This document shows, piece by piece, positions 16,069-34,085 of a stretch of 64,000 nt of DNA. The DNA is from the human T2T-CHM13v2.0 reference genome, Homo sapiens. Numbering within the stretch: position 1 is the first letter of the stretch; the number at the start of each line of letters is the position of its first letter. The notes beneath the pieces were generated by a model that searched no databases, was not told where the DNA came from, and was given only the letters and a program-made list of their open reading frames with translations. Made by a program: the position numbers and the translations under genes. The stretch lies in NCBI RefSeq assembly GCF_009914755.1, contig NC_060940.1. One strand, 5' to 3'.

Positions 16069-17486
16069 TGAAGCACAGGGTTTATCCTCAGTAGGCATTC
16101 AACAAATGTTTAATTTCACTCAACAGCTCCTCTTACCACTGCCCCCACCTTATCTGCAGGTGGCTAAGTACAATCAGAACAAGTAGGTATCATAAGATTT
16201 AGTCCAGAGTCAATTTGGGAAGAAATTACTTTAGTGATATGAAAAGAAACCATGCTATTTAGTCAGAATACTTCTGAGAGTATCCCCTGTCCAAGCATTT
16301 GCTGAATTTCTATCTACTAATTTTCAGGTGCAACAGTATGGTTGCAGAGAGTCCACTTGGACACAGATACACTTTCATGCATTCATGTCTTTAACAATAA
16401 TTTGTGGCCCTACTGTGTTTGTTCACTAACTCCTTCGAACCTGCCATATAAGTTATATCTTTACTTTCCTTGTAATTTGGGAGGTCCAATTCTTCATTAA
16501 GCTCACATGCCTGAAACTAATGAAGAAAATAGCTCGTTAACCAGCTAGTATAAAAGTAGCCACCAAATCAACTCAATCACCTGCCTTAAATCAGCCCAGT
16601 ACCCCATCTTGAGCGGAGAAGCCCATTCTGAATCACAGTCAAGACATTGATGGAAAAACAGCTCCCTCTGGGGATCAAAACCACGCTAGCCCCAAATCCT
16701 CCTCCCCAGAGTTTTCCTCATTGCTCACCCACTGAACCCAAAACAAACCAGAAGTGCTTAAAATGAGGACGGGTAGCTCCGTGTACCAATCGGAATTTAA
16801 AACTGTATCAATTCCTGCTATAGAAAGAGGCTTCTCCCCAGGACCAGGATTCCACGAAGGCAGCCCTTTTCTAGATGGAGAAAATAGAACCTGAAGGCAG
16901 CCGTTTCCCTAAACTGCTCTCGCTCATGTGTAAGTACAAATGAAAAATGCTGACGCTGCTTCTGTTGGCATTGCTTTTTAATTACGGCCATCAATAAATC
17001 ATTTTATCCTTGAACAAGACTTGAGAATGGCCCGAAGGCAGAGGCACGATTCCTTAGGAATTAGGCCAACAGAAAATGGGCTATCTCTCTTCCCACCCCT
17101 TCTCTTACTCTGCTGTCAGAAACGGAAAAGTTCTCTGTGAGTAGCTGGGAGGAGACGGCCGCACTTGAGTTCCATCTGGGGGTTCTGTTGACACAGTTTT
17201 ACCCCAGCCTGCCTTGATGGCCACTGCCACACAAGCTGCATCTGTTCTTTCTTCTGCGCCTTTTGTTAGTTTGTTTTTTTTCCTCTTTCTAGTGTAGTCA
17301 GCTGAATGGTGGCTTCGCACAAGATATATCCAGATCCTTGTGCCTAGACTCTGTGGAGGTGGCATTATTTGGAAAAAGGGTCTTTGCAGATGTAATTAAG
17401 TTAAGGACCTTGAGATGAGATTCTCCTGGGGTATGTTAGGTAGGCTGTACATCTAAAGACAAGTGTCCTTATAAAAGGACACTTTT

Positions 17487-17791
<305 letters not shown>

Positions 17792-18002
17792 GGACACTCT
17801 TCCTCTAGAGGAGGAAACCCAGACAGAAAAGGAGGAGGCAAGGTGATCATAGAGGCAGAGATTGTATCATGCAGCCACAAGTCAAGGAATTCTAGTAGCT
17901 TCTACAAGCTGGAAGAGGCAAGGAATGGATTCTTCCCTAGAACCTCTTAAGGAGCATGGTCCTGCTGACACTTGATTGATTTTGGACTTCTGGCCTCCAG
18001 GC

Positions 18003-18308
18003 TTTTTTTTTTTTTTTTTTTTTTAAGATAGAGCCTTTCTCTGTTGCCCAGTCTGGAGTGCAGTGGCACGATTTCGGTTCACGGCAAACTCCACCTCCCG
18101 GGCTCAAGCCATTCTCTGCCTCAGCCTCCCAAGTAGCTGGGCTACAAGTGCCTGTCACCATGCATGGCTGATTTTTGTATTTTTACTAAAGACAAGGTTT
18201 TGCCATATTGGCCAGACTGGTCTCGAATTCCTGGCCTCAAGTGATCCACCCACCTCAGCCTCCCAAAGTGCTGAGATTATTTAGGTGTGAGCCACGGCAC
18301 CCGGCCCA
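18003..18308 (-). mobile_element. AluS
   Basis: Full antisense Alu. Confidence 0.93.
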
Positions 18309-18574
18309 GACATTGTTTGAAGCCACCCATTTCATGGTTCTTGGCTGCAGTGGTTGTGGAATATGAATGCACTCATGCTGTTGGTTGGACTTTGCTGACC
18401 TTGTGTCTGTTATTCCCTGGCAGTTCTCCAGGGCCTGGAGCTGGTACGAGAAACGTCCCTTCTTTCCCAAATGGTCCCCAGCTTCCCCTTTCACTGAAGG
18501 CCCTGCAGTCAGGAGCAGTCAGGACCTTGCACCCAGTTGCTGTGGGTGCTGGGCCGACCCAATCCTTTCTCTTG

Positions 18575-18727
18575 TGTGATCCATGGACTCGCAGCATTGC
18601 GTCACCTGTGAGCTTTTGGAATTGAAGACTTCCAGGGCTCACCCGGGAGGACCTGCTGGGCCAGAATCTGCATTTTAACAAGATGCCCAGGTGATTTGCA
18701 TACACGTTCAGATCTGAGAAGCGCTGG
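18575..18727. mobile_element. MER5A
   Basis: cagaatctgcattttaacaagatgcccaggtgatt. Confidence 0.75.
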
Positions 18728-19079
18728 TAGGAGAGGCTTTAAGGTGGTAATTAGATCTTTTCTCCACCTGCAAGAATCTTAGTTTCATTCATGTTAAATC
18801 TATTAACTGTGGCAATGGCATGGGGGTTATGAAACAAAACAAAATCCTTACATCAGGAATGCACCCTGGCGTGTTATGGATGTGGGTGAAATGAAATGTC
18901 TGGAATTTGCTTTAAAATATTGTAAAATAGCCAGAAGGAAAAGAAAAGCGGGAACTGGAATGAGATTGGCGAAATGTTGACAAGTTTTCGCAGTGGGATG
19001 ATGGGTGCGTGGGGGTTCATGGTGCAATTCTCTCCCCGCTTTTTGTGCATATGGGAAATTTTCATAATGAAAAGTTAGA

Positions 19080-19369
19080 GGTCGGGCGCGGTGGCTCATG
19101 CCTGTGATCTCAGCATTTTGGGAGGCTGAGGTGGGTAGATTGCTTGAACCTAGGAGTTCAAGACCATCCTGGACAACATGGCGAAACCCCAGCTCTACTA
19201 AAAATGCAAAAATTAGCCAGGCATGGTGACAACATGCCCGTAGTCATGTTGAGGCATGAGGTTGAGGCATGAGAATCGCTTGAACCCAGGAGGCGGAGGT
19301 TGCAGTGAGCCGAGATCGCACCATTACACTCCAGCCTGGGTGACAGAGTGAGACTTGGTCTCAAAAAAA
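19080..19369 (+). mobile_element. AluS
   Basis: Full Alu with an internal 13-bp tandem duplication. Confidence 0.93.
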
Positions 19370-19376
19370 TTTTTAA

Positions 19377-19686
<310 letters not shown>

Positions 19687-19690
19687 TTAA

Positions 19691-19995
19691 TTTGTTTCTT
19701 TTTTGAGACAGGATCTCACTCTGCAGCCCAGGCTGGAGTGCAGTGGTGCGATCCCAGCTCACTGCAGCCTCTACCTCCTGGGCTCAAGTGATCCTCCCAC
19801 CTGAGCCTCCTGAGTAGCTGAGACCACAGGCATGTATCACCACAGCTGGCTAATTTTTTCACTTTTTGGAGAGGCAAGGTCTCGCTGTGTTGCCCAGGCT
19901 GGTCTTGAACTCCTGAGCTCAAGCAATCTTCCCGCCTCAGCCTGGGAGTAATCCCAAAGTGCTGGGATTACAGGTGTGAGTCACTCTACCCAGCC
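19691..19995 (-). mobile_element. AluJ
   Basis: Full diverged antisense Alu. Confidence 0.92.
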
Positions 19996-20386
19996 TGAAC
20001 GGTTTTTCGTGACTCCACTTTTTCTCCCCTCTTGGAAATGAGTAGTCTTTGAGGGAATGTCTTTTTCGTCTCAATCTCTGGTTTCTTTGCTCAGTGCGCT
20101 TGTGTTTGGGGCTTTGTTGATCTCCAGGCCTTTTTCAGCAGTGTCGTCCCTGGAGAGCAGGATGGGAGCTGATGGCTTCTCAGCATCTTTTAACTTAGTT
20201 TAAAGATGACTGTCAACAACATCTAGTCGGCATCTGTTGCTCTCGGCAGCTGCGACTTCATTTCCTTTCTCTTTCTCCATCTCTCTAACCTGTTTATGAC
20301 TCTGTCTTTGTCATGGGTACAGCATCACCTGTGTGGCCCTTAGGCTCTCTTACTTACATGTGATCTGCATATTATGTCTTTACTTC

Positions 20387-20606
20387 AGGGCTTCTCAACC
20401 AGGGGGTGCTTTTGCCCCCCAGAGAACATGTGGCCATGTCTGGAGACAGTTTTGGTTGTTGCGGCTGGAGGAGGTGGTGCTCCTGGCATCTAGTGGGTAG
20501 AGGTCAGAGATGCTGCTGAACATCCTACAATGCCCCGACAACTCCCACTAAGACAGAATAATGATCCAGCCCCAAATGTCAATCGTGCTGAAAGTGAGAG
20601 ACCCTG
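20387..20606 (+). mobile_element. MER20 hAT element
   Basis: cagggcttctcaacc...tgtctggagaca...ggcatctagtgggtagagg...ccccaaatgtcaa...gagaccctg. Confidence 0.9.
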
Positions 20607-22142
20607 ATTCCATCTTAGAGATCATCCAAACACATTTGGCCAAATTGTTTTTGCTGCTGTCCCATGAAGAAAAGGCAGACCCTTGACTGATGGCAACATC
20701 GATGGGAATTTTGTTTACCCCTTCTTGGTGGACTTTGGGATACGATGACTTACCATTTGTGCAAGTTGTGCATTGCACACCTCCAGGAGGTGCCACCCAC
20801 ATATTTATGAAAATGCCACCCCAGGAATTGCACAGTATATAGTCTACATGGCTATAAGCAGTTGCTCTGGTTTTGGGGTTGCCCTGGGGTGCTCTGGAAC
20901 TGGGAGGAACTTTATTTCTGGCCATTAGAGGCCCTGAGCAGGACATTGAGTATCCTTTCAAGAAAAGAGAAATGTTGAACAGATAGGACCTCATTTTTAT
21001 AACTCTTGACCATCATCTAGTTACGGAGCATCCACTTTTCACCCCTGGGCCATATCCATTTGAAAGATGTAAAATCATCAAATTATAATATCATGGCTTA
21101 CACTTTTGATAGCTTCTGCTCAGAACATGGCGGTGAGAGCTTCTCATTTTCAATTGATTCATTGGGGGAGAAAATATACACGGCTGCCCTAAGACTTTCT
21201 ATTACACACCATTTGCTTGACGGGATTTCTTTAGTTTCTGTAGCATAACTTATTCTAACTGGTCCTCAATCACTTTGCAATAAAAACTGAGATTGTGAAA
21301 ATGTTCATTGTCATTACCAGTGACAGAGCATTAAGTACCGAGTTCTAGAAAGGGAAGGAACCGAGAGATTTAAACTAGCAGAATGAGCCGCTCACCCTCA
21401 GAATTGCTTTTAATCTTGGTGAGAACTGAGGGGAATTTTGACAGGGCTCAGGGGGACTGCGGAGAGTGGGGCTGGGAGGTGGCTGTTTGCATGTGTGGTC
21501 AGCAGATCCAGTGGGGGTCCATGTACTGTGGGCAGGCCCAAGATGGAGTTGGGATTGCCCTGGACTGAGTACTGGGTCATCAGACCGCAAACTGCCGTTC
21601 TCAAGACATCGAGGCCCAGGCTGGTGCAGGAGATACATTGCAGTGTGTCAGCCTTTCTTCCATCGCTCCCCTCCAATGACAGTCCCCAATTTTCCACCGA
21701 GGAGTCACTAGTCCCCCACGGCATCTGTGCGACTGGCCACTTCCCAACCTGATCTGGGGCTGGGGCATGTGGTCCCAGCCTGGATGTCAATATCCTTCCA
21801 CCACCCTGGCCACAGTGATTGGGTCTGAGAAGCAGATTAGCCAAAGGAGAGACAATCTTGGGAATTTCATGTTCATGCTGAAGAAAGTAAAATGGAAAGT
21901 GGGGGGAGAGTGAGGGGTTATTCTGATGATATAGTTTGAGGACCTGGATGTAGCCACACCTGTAGCTGTCAACTCTGTGCCATAGTACTGCTTTTTTTTT
22001 TTCCTTCAAATTTAAATACTTTCTAGAGGCAAGGTCTTGCTATGTTGCTTAGGCTGGTTTTGAAAAGTCCCTTTTGGGGGGATGCTTTCACTGCTTCACC
22101 TTTCTATGACAGCTCAGGGAATCAGAAGACAAGGGAGATGAC

Positions 22143-22430
22143 TTTTTTTTTTTTTTTTTGAGACAGGGCTTGCTCTGTTGCCCAGGCTGGAGTGCAGTGG
22201 TGCAATCACAGCTCGCCACAGCCTTGATCTTCTGGACTCAAGCGACCCTCCTGCTTCAGCCTCCTGAGTAGCTGGGACTATAGGCGGGTACCACCATGCC
22301 CAGCTAATTAAATTTTTTTTTAGAAACGAGATCTCACTATGTCACCCAGGCTGGCCTCAAACTCCTGGGCTCAAGTGATCGCCCTGCCTTAGCTTCCCAG
22401 ACTTACAGGTGTGAGCCCCCACACCCAGTC
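22143..22430 (-). mobile_element. AluJ
   Basis: Antisense Alu; small Alu fragments nearby (22030-22060, 22467-22540). Confidence 0.9.
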
Positions 22431-22549
22431 AACGCTGTGTTCTTATGCACCTGGTGTCCCCCCAGGCCCTGAGCAATGATCCTCCTGCCTCGACCTCCCA
22501 AAGTGCTGGGATAACAGATGTGAAGTACAATGTATGGCCCACATAGTAT

Positions 22550-23629
<1,080 letters not shown>

Positions 23630-23914
23630 GAATATAAGTACTTTTAAATTAACTCTCCTCTTCTCTCCATCTTCTTCTAAATCATCATTTTTGCCTAAGC
23701 AACAGCTAGGGTCTAATACGGATGTGATGACTCACTTCAAAGTAGGGGAAGCCAGTCCCCATGTGCGCCCAAAGCTCCTGCTGCCTTGGCCCTGGGCTCA
23801 GAGATTGGACCATCATTCTGGGGGCTTGCTGGAGATCTGAGCCAGGGCACCATTCTCTGTTGCCTTTAAACAAAGGCTGGTGCTCGCCCAGGCATGTGAG
23901 CTCTACCGATGATC

Positions 23915-24762
<848 letters not shown>

Positions 24763-24800
24763 ATTCCATTTTTTAAAATCATAAGCTAATCACACCATTC

Positions 24801-25093
<293 letters not shown>

Positions 25094-25711
25094 GTGACAC
25101 ACCATTCAATTTTAAGGAACTTCCAGGTGCTGTGGTCAAGCCCCTCTTGTGTGGCATGGAGGTGGGGAGAGATGGGTTGGAAGATGACTGTATGGGGGCA
25201 TGGAGCTGGTGGGAAGAGGAAAAGTGTCTTGAAGGAAGTAAGTCCCTTCAGATAAGGAAGGGAGATGCTTGATCAATATGCAGACTTGCACAGTCCTTCA
25301 GTCCTGGGGATATTGGAGGAGAGACAGGTCTTGCCTTGTAATGGAGAGTTACCATCCCAGGCAGAGGCCCTACTTCCACCTTGTTGCAGGTAGGGCTGGG
25401 GGGCAAATACTTAGAGGAGAAACGAACACCCTTTGGAAGCATGCAGAAAGTTTCTGGAATGGAGAGATGATGAAGCAGGATATTTGGAGTCAACAGCCAA
25501 TGTTTTTAAAAATCCTCTCTCCCTGAGCCTTTCCCTCATTCAAACGGCTGGCACCCTCAGCCTCCTTGCTTCTAGGAAAGAATGTGCTGGAGGAAAACAG
25601 AGACTCCTCCTGGCCTGGGGCTTCACAAGCTTAGCTCCTTCCAGGAGCCACAGAGGAGTTGGGACATTGGGAAAGTCTTGGGGGATACCAGGTGAGGAAG
25701 AACACAGTCTT

Positions 25712-26023
25712 GGCTAGGTGTGGGGGCTCATACTTGTAATCCTGACACTTTGGGAGGCCAAGGCGGAAGGATCACTTGAGCCCAGGGGTTTGAGACCAGC
25801 GTGATCAACATAGTGAGATCCCATTTCTAAAAAAAAAAAAAAACTAGTTGCGCGTGGTGGTGCACACCTGTAGTTTCAGCTATTCAGGAGGCTGAGGCAG
25901 GTGGATTGCTTGAGCCCAGAAGGTCAAGGCTGTGGTAAGCTGTGATCGCACCACTGCACTCCAGTCTGGTCAATACAGCAAGACCTTGTCTCCAAAACAA
26001 CAACAACAACAAAACAACAACAA
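25712..26023 (+). mobile_element. AluJ with (CAA)n tail
   Basis: Full Alu. Confidence 0.92.
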
Positions 26024-27393
26024 ATGTCATCTCCCTTGTCTTCTGATTTCCTCAGCTGTCAGAGAAAGGAAATGAAGCAGTGAAAGCATCCTCCCAAAAG
26101 GGACTTTTAAATCCTTCTACCTGGGCTGAACTACAGAGAAAAGGAAGCTATTCTCACAGAAAGATCTATGGGATCACAGAGTGGAGGGGACCTGAGCCCC
26201 ATGTCATGGGACAAGCCCTGGGAAGATGGCACCATTCCCAAGACACATGAGTTCTATCGTTTGCCACCATTTCCACTGCCTGGACCAAAGTAGATGCTCA
26301 AAGAGTATTCCCCGAGTGAAAGGAGGAATACAGCATCGGCCCTCTCAAAGAACTCTCCAGGAAGACTTTCCTTCATCAGCAGCAGGGAAAGCTAATGAGG
26401 GTCATATCATCCTGCCTCCCAGGTGAGGTCTGAGATGTCTGCACTGTGCACCTCCGCAGGCACGTGGTGGGTACCACCGGCTTGGCTTTGCAGAGATACC
26501 ATGTGCCCCAGGGAGAATCTGGGCAGTGAAGTCAGCTCTCTGTCTTAGGGAGTCTCTCCCAGAAGGGCTGTTGTGCCAGGGGGATTGGACTCTGCCGGCT
26601 TTGTTTCCTGCTTAGGACCACCAAGCTCGTGGTACCCCCAGGAGTCTTGGAATCCTGTCTAGGCAGCTTGGAGGGCTGTCTACGTGGCTTCTTGGACCTG
26701 AACCCTAACTGGACCTGTGCATGGTTTTGCAGCCCAGATGTGAAACAGGGATCATCCCACCTCACCAGCAATCCCCCTTGTTTTAAACTGCAGTTAATAA
26801 CTGGCTGGGCTGAGGGAGCCCCCTTTATCATAGTTTACGTGCAGCCTACCCCCTGGAATCTGATAAGGTCTTTGGGTGCTGGCAGTACCAATTTTTATCC
26901 ATTATTTTTTCTATTACGGATAATTCCTTTCCACACTGGAGTCACCCAGAGGTTGGCTTGAGCCCAGCCACATGAAGATAAGTGCCAGTGGTTTTGCCGG
27001 GTCCCGGGTGCCCTCTGTTTCATTAAAGCAACATATTCGGGATATATATCTGTTGCCTGGAAGCTTGGAGCTGGGTGAAATTCATAGGGGTTTGTAATGA
27101 TGACTCAATTAGAACCAAAGACACATGAGGGCTGAGGCTGGAGGAGGGCGGCGGGGGGGTGGCAGGGGCAGGGATGGGCCACCCAGTTGCTGGAACCATC
27201 CAGGGCTAAGTTGGAATCCTGCCCTGCCTCTCCCCACCTGTGTGACCTCAGCCTGTGATTTCTCACCTTTAAGGAAGGAACCTGCCTGACTTGCTATCAG
27301 TGTTTAGAGAATTGAAGGGGAGCTGATTGTGGAACCTGCTAGACATTTTCTGAAGCCTGGTACTGGGTTCATCATGGTGTATAGTTATCTCAA

Positions 27394-27613
27394 GGTACTG
27401 ATTCTCAAATGAGGGTGAATTTGCCCCCCAGCAGGCACTTGGCAGTGTCTGGAGATATTTTTGGTTGTCACAATGGGAGCGGGGGTGCCAATGGCATCCA
27501 TCTAGTCAGTAGAGGGCAGGAAAGCTGGTAACATCCCACAGTGCCCAGAACAGCCACATGCAACAGAGAATGATCCTGCCCCAAATGTCAGTAGTGCTGA
27601 GGTTAAGAAACCT
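27394..27613 (+). mobile_element. MER20
   Basis: ttgccccccag...tggcagtgtctggaga...ccccaaatgtcagtagtgctgaggttaagaaacc. Confidence 0.88.
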
Positions 27614-27636
27614 ATTTCTTGGTTTGGAAGTGGGGG

Positions 27637-27919
27637 CAGGGTCTCACTGCATTGCCCAGATTGGAGTGCAGTGGCACAATCATAACCCACTGCAGCCTTG
27701 ACCTCCTGGGCTCAAGCAATTCTCCAACCTCAGCCTCCTGAGTAGCTGGAACCATGGGTGTGCACCACCACACCTGGCTAACTTTTTATTTTAATTTCTT
27801 GTAGAGATGGGATCTTGCTATGTTGCCCAGGCTGGTCTTGAACTCCTAGGCTCAAGCAATCCTGCTGCCTTGGTCTCCCAAAGTGCTGGGATTATAGGCA
27901 TTAACCACAACCTGTGGCC
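27637..27919 (-). mobile_element. AluJ (tail absent)
   Basis: Antisense Alu body. Confidence 0.9.
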
Positions 27920-28066
27920 AAAAAGCGGTTGTAATGTTGAAGCAGAGTAAATGTTCCCCAGCTCAATACATGGTATATCTGGTTATAAATAAGAGGCGCA
28001 CACGAACATGTTTCCACAATGAGTGAACGAAAAAGATTTTATGTTGCAACAGTTTGTTATTTGTAG

Positions 28067-28465
<399 letters not shown>

Positions 28466-28516
28466 TGCACTATCTGATTTTGCCAAATTACCCGTCACTG
28501 AATCCATACACATGTC

Positions 28517-28825
28517 TTTTCTTTCTTTTCCTTTTTTTTTTTGAGTCGGAGTTTTGCTCTTGTCGCCCAGGCCGGATTCCGATGGCACAATCTTGGCTCA
28601 TGGCAACCTCCACCTCCTGGGTTCAAGCAAATCTCCTGCCTCAGCCTCCCAAGTAGCTGGGATTACAGGTGCATGCCATCATGCCCAGCTAATTTTCTAT
28701 TTTTAGTAGAGATGGGGTTTCACCATCTTGGCCAGACTTGTCATGAACTCCTGACCCTCAGGTGATCCACCCTCCTCGGCCTCCCAAAGTGCTGGGATTA
28801 TGGGCATAAGCCACCGCGCCCAGCC
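28517..28825 (-). mobile_element. AluS
   Basis: Full antisense Alu. Confidence 0.93.
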
Positions 28826-29211
28826 TGAAGCCATACCCATTTCTATCCCCCTGGCAGTGAATGTAGAAGAGCCGTGTAATTTTAAAAATGTGCTCTCCCT
28901 GTTTATATCTTCTCATCAAAATCTGGGAATAAATAAAAGGTGGGCACGCTTTATGATAGTTTGTGCCCATCGTATTCTCAGCCCTCAGGGATCCATCCAG
29001 GATCTGCCCACGGGAGATCTTTTAAGTGTAATGAAGTTAACGCTACTGGGAAGTGGCTTCCCCTTTCTCGAGAAAAGGCATATTTGGCTCCTGCTTCCTG
29101 ACACTAAGAGCCCCCAAATGACTTGCCTGTCAGAGTTTGCATGTAGAAAAATCTACCTCAGCAAATCTTCCTCTGAGTGGTTGTTCAGCTTTGTTTTTTC
29201 AATTTCTATTC

Positions 29212-29523
<312 letters not shown>

Positions 29524-29607
29524 TATTTTTTAAGTTTCTGATTCAAGGACCCCTTTGAGGGTCTGATGAAAGTGATAAGCCATCTCCCCAGAAGAACGCA
29601 GCTGTAA

Positions 29608-30187
<580 letters not shown>

Positions 30188-30379
30188 TGAACCTTAGTTT
30201 TCCGATCTGTAGAATGGGACACTGACTTTGCTATCTCCGTGTATCAGAGATCATGAAAGTGAAGGACTTTACACAGTGCTGGCACCATGCCTGTGTATGA
30301 GGAACGGAAGCTAGTGTGATTCTTACACAGAGTCCTTTGCTTTCCAGCAGCCTCCTCTCCCTCCTTTTTAGGTTGGAAT

Positions 30380-30700
30380 CCCTCTATTTTAGTGGCCACT
30401 GGGATTCTGAAATGACCAGGTCTTTGTTTCAGAGACCTCACACATGCTGTTCCCTCTGCCTGGAACACTTTTCCTTGCTCTGGTCCCCTGAGATCTCTTT
30501 CAGCTCAACTTCCCCATGCTCAGAGAGCCCCTTTCTCCCTCTCTAGTTTGAAGCGAACTTACCCCTGTAGTCTGTGCCTGGAAAACTCGTTTTCCTCCTT
30601 GGTGCCTCCTGAGTTGTCACGGGATGTATGTGCCTGTTAGGGTGTCTGGTGTCTGTCTCCCCGACTGGACTGCATGCTCCTGGTGAGCTGGAGGGACTGG
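30380..30700 (+). mobile_element. L2 fragment
   Basis: cacatgctgttccctctgcctggaacac...gtctgtctccccgactggactgcatgctcc. Confidence 0.65.
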
Positions 30701-31009
30701 ACTAGCACAGGCCAAGGCCCTGGGGCTGGAGAGAGCAGGGCAGAAAGCACAGGCAAAAGGCATTTGTGATCTGGAGGGAAGTGAAGGAGAGGGAGAGAGA
30801 TGAGAGAGGCTGGCAGAAGATGGGCCAGGGGCCAGGCTGCGTGGTATCTTCTGGGCCACAGAAAGACATTTGAATTCTCATGTAAGAGAACCAGGACACC
30901 ATTGGAGGGTATGAGTCACCTCATCTAACTGAGCTCTGTAAATGTCAATGTTTTATTATTTTTATACAATTCTTTAGAAGTGATTTTAATTATTTACCTT
31001 CCTATTTTA

Positions 31010-31322
<313 letters not shown>

Positions 31323-31334
31323 TAAAAAAGATCA

Positions 31335-31628
31335 GGCCAGGCACGGTAGCTCATGTCTCTAATCTCAGCACTTTGAGAGACTGAGGTGGGATGATCACCT
31401 GAGCCCAGGAGTTCAAAACCAGCCTAGGCAACATAGTGAGACATCCGCTTCCCGAATCTCTAAAAAAATGAGAAAATTAGGCATGGTGGCTTGTGTGTAT
31501 CCCCAGCTACTGGGGAGGCTGAGGTAGGGAGGACTGCTTGAGACCAGGAGTTTGAGGCTCCACTGAGCTGTGATTATGCCACTGAGCTGCAGCCTGGGCA
31601 AAAGAGTGAGACCCCATCTCAAAAAAAT
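31335..31628 (+). mobile_element. AluJ
   Basis: Full Alu, head-to-head with the previous Alu. Confidence 0.92.
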
Positions 31629-31959
31629 GCCACATTCTTTTAATTACTTACTTTTACAGAAGACCACTGGTCCTGGTGGGGAAGGGCCTGGGAGCAGGGA
31701 GACCCCTCAGGTGGCTGCAACCCCGGTCCTGGTCCTGTCTGCAGGCTGGGTCTCGAGGCCCAAGTGACGGCCCTGCACCCCTGCACCCCCACACCTCACA
31801 GTGTATTCTGACCTGGTGCTGCTCCTGGGGCATGGCGCTGGGCTGCAGGAGCCGCCTCAGCCTCTCTAGAGCTGACTGAGCTTTTGCTTCTTATTCCGGG
31901 GAATGATGGGCGCTGGGGCTTTGATGGGCATCAGGTGAAATGGGCAGAGTGGTGCTTAC

Positions 31960-32208
31960 CCGGGATGGCGGTGAAGTGGGACGGGGAGGTCATCGTGACA
32001 AAGGGCGGCATGAGGTACTTGGCCTTGACGCCCTCCCCAGCCAGACCATCCAGGTTGGGGGTGTCCACATCCTGATCCTAGTCTCAGTGGAAGCCCTCAA
32101 AGGAGATCAGTAGCAGCCGTGAGTGCTCTTCCTCCCTGGGACGGGGTGGCCGCCCAGCAGGACAAGCGGTGGCAGCAGCAGCAGCTGGAGGGCCCCGAGC
32201 CCTGTCAT
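31960..32208 (-). pseudogene. ENPP7P: ENPP7-like pseudo-exon 1
   Basis: MTGLGALQLLLLPPLVLLGGHPVP (signal peptide-like), frameshift, then REEEHSRLLLISFEGFH*D*DQDVDTPNLDGLAGEGVKAKYLMPPFVTMTSPSHFTAIPG followed by a GTAAGC donor. Recalled ENPP7: KLLLVSFDGFRWNYDQDVDTPNLDAMARDGVKARYMTPAFVTMTSPCHFTLVTG. Confidence 0.95.
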
Positions 32209-32271
32209 CCCACGAGCACCTGTCATGCACTCCTCAGAGTTCATGGGCTTCTCCCTCTTTAGTCCGTTGTT

Positions 32272-32300
32272 GAAAAAAGTCCACATTAATAATTCAGCCC
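32272..32300 (-). promoter_or_regulatory. Possible relic promoter with adjacent HNF4-like and HNF1-like sites
   Basis: AAAAGTCCA (cf. CAAAGTCCA) next to ATTAATAATTCAG (cf. GTTAATNATTAAC), about 70-90 bp upstream of the pseudo-ATG. Confidence 0.4.
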
Positions 32301-32367
32301 AGCTCTGTTGTGGGACAAACAACCCGGAGTGTAGCAAGGTGCCGCATATTTGCAGGACAGGTTGAAA

Positions 32368-32492
32368 GCGTTCTGGAGATGGATGGGGGACATGGCTGTA
32401 CAACGTGGTGGATGCACTTAACACCGCTGAATTTTTCCTTTGAAAATGGCTAAAATAATAGATTTTGTATGTATTTTACCACAATAAAAAAT
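32368..32492 (+). mobile_element. Old L1M 3' end fragment
   Basis: gttctggagatggat...aaaatggctaaaat...tatgtattttaccacaataaaaa. Confidence 0.7.
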
Positions 32493-32494
32493 CA

Positions 32495-32909
<415 letters not shown>

Positions 32910-32961
32910 TTATAGGGAGAGCAAATTATTGTTCACCAGCACTATTAAAGTGGCTACAACA

Positions 32962-33295
<334 letters not shown>

Positions 33296-33446
33296 TCATG
33301 AGGCCAGGCACTGTACACATGTACATCATCTCATTTAATTTTTCCTCTTGTTTAAAATTATTTTTTCCTCTAATCCCCATGTTGATCAACATTTTTTTAA
33401 TCCTAGGAATTTATTACTTGAAAATTTCGCATAAGAATTAAAAATT

Positions 33447-34085
<639 letters not shown>

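Noticed and set aside
21410-22009. 199-aa minus-strand ORF, the longest in the track
   Set aside because: Overlaps degenerate MaLR-like sequence and shows no protein family features.
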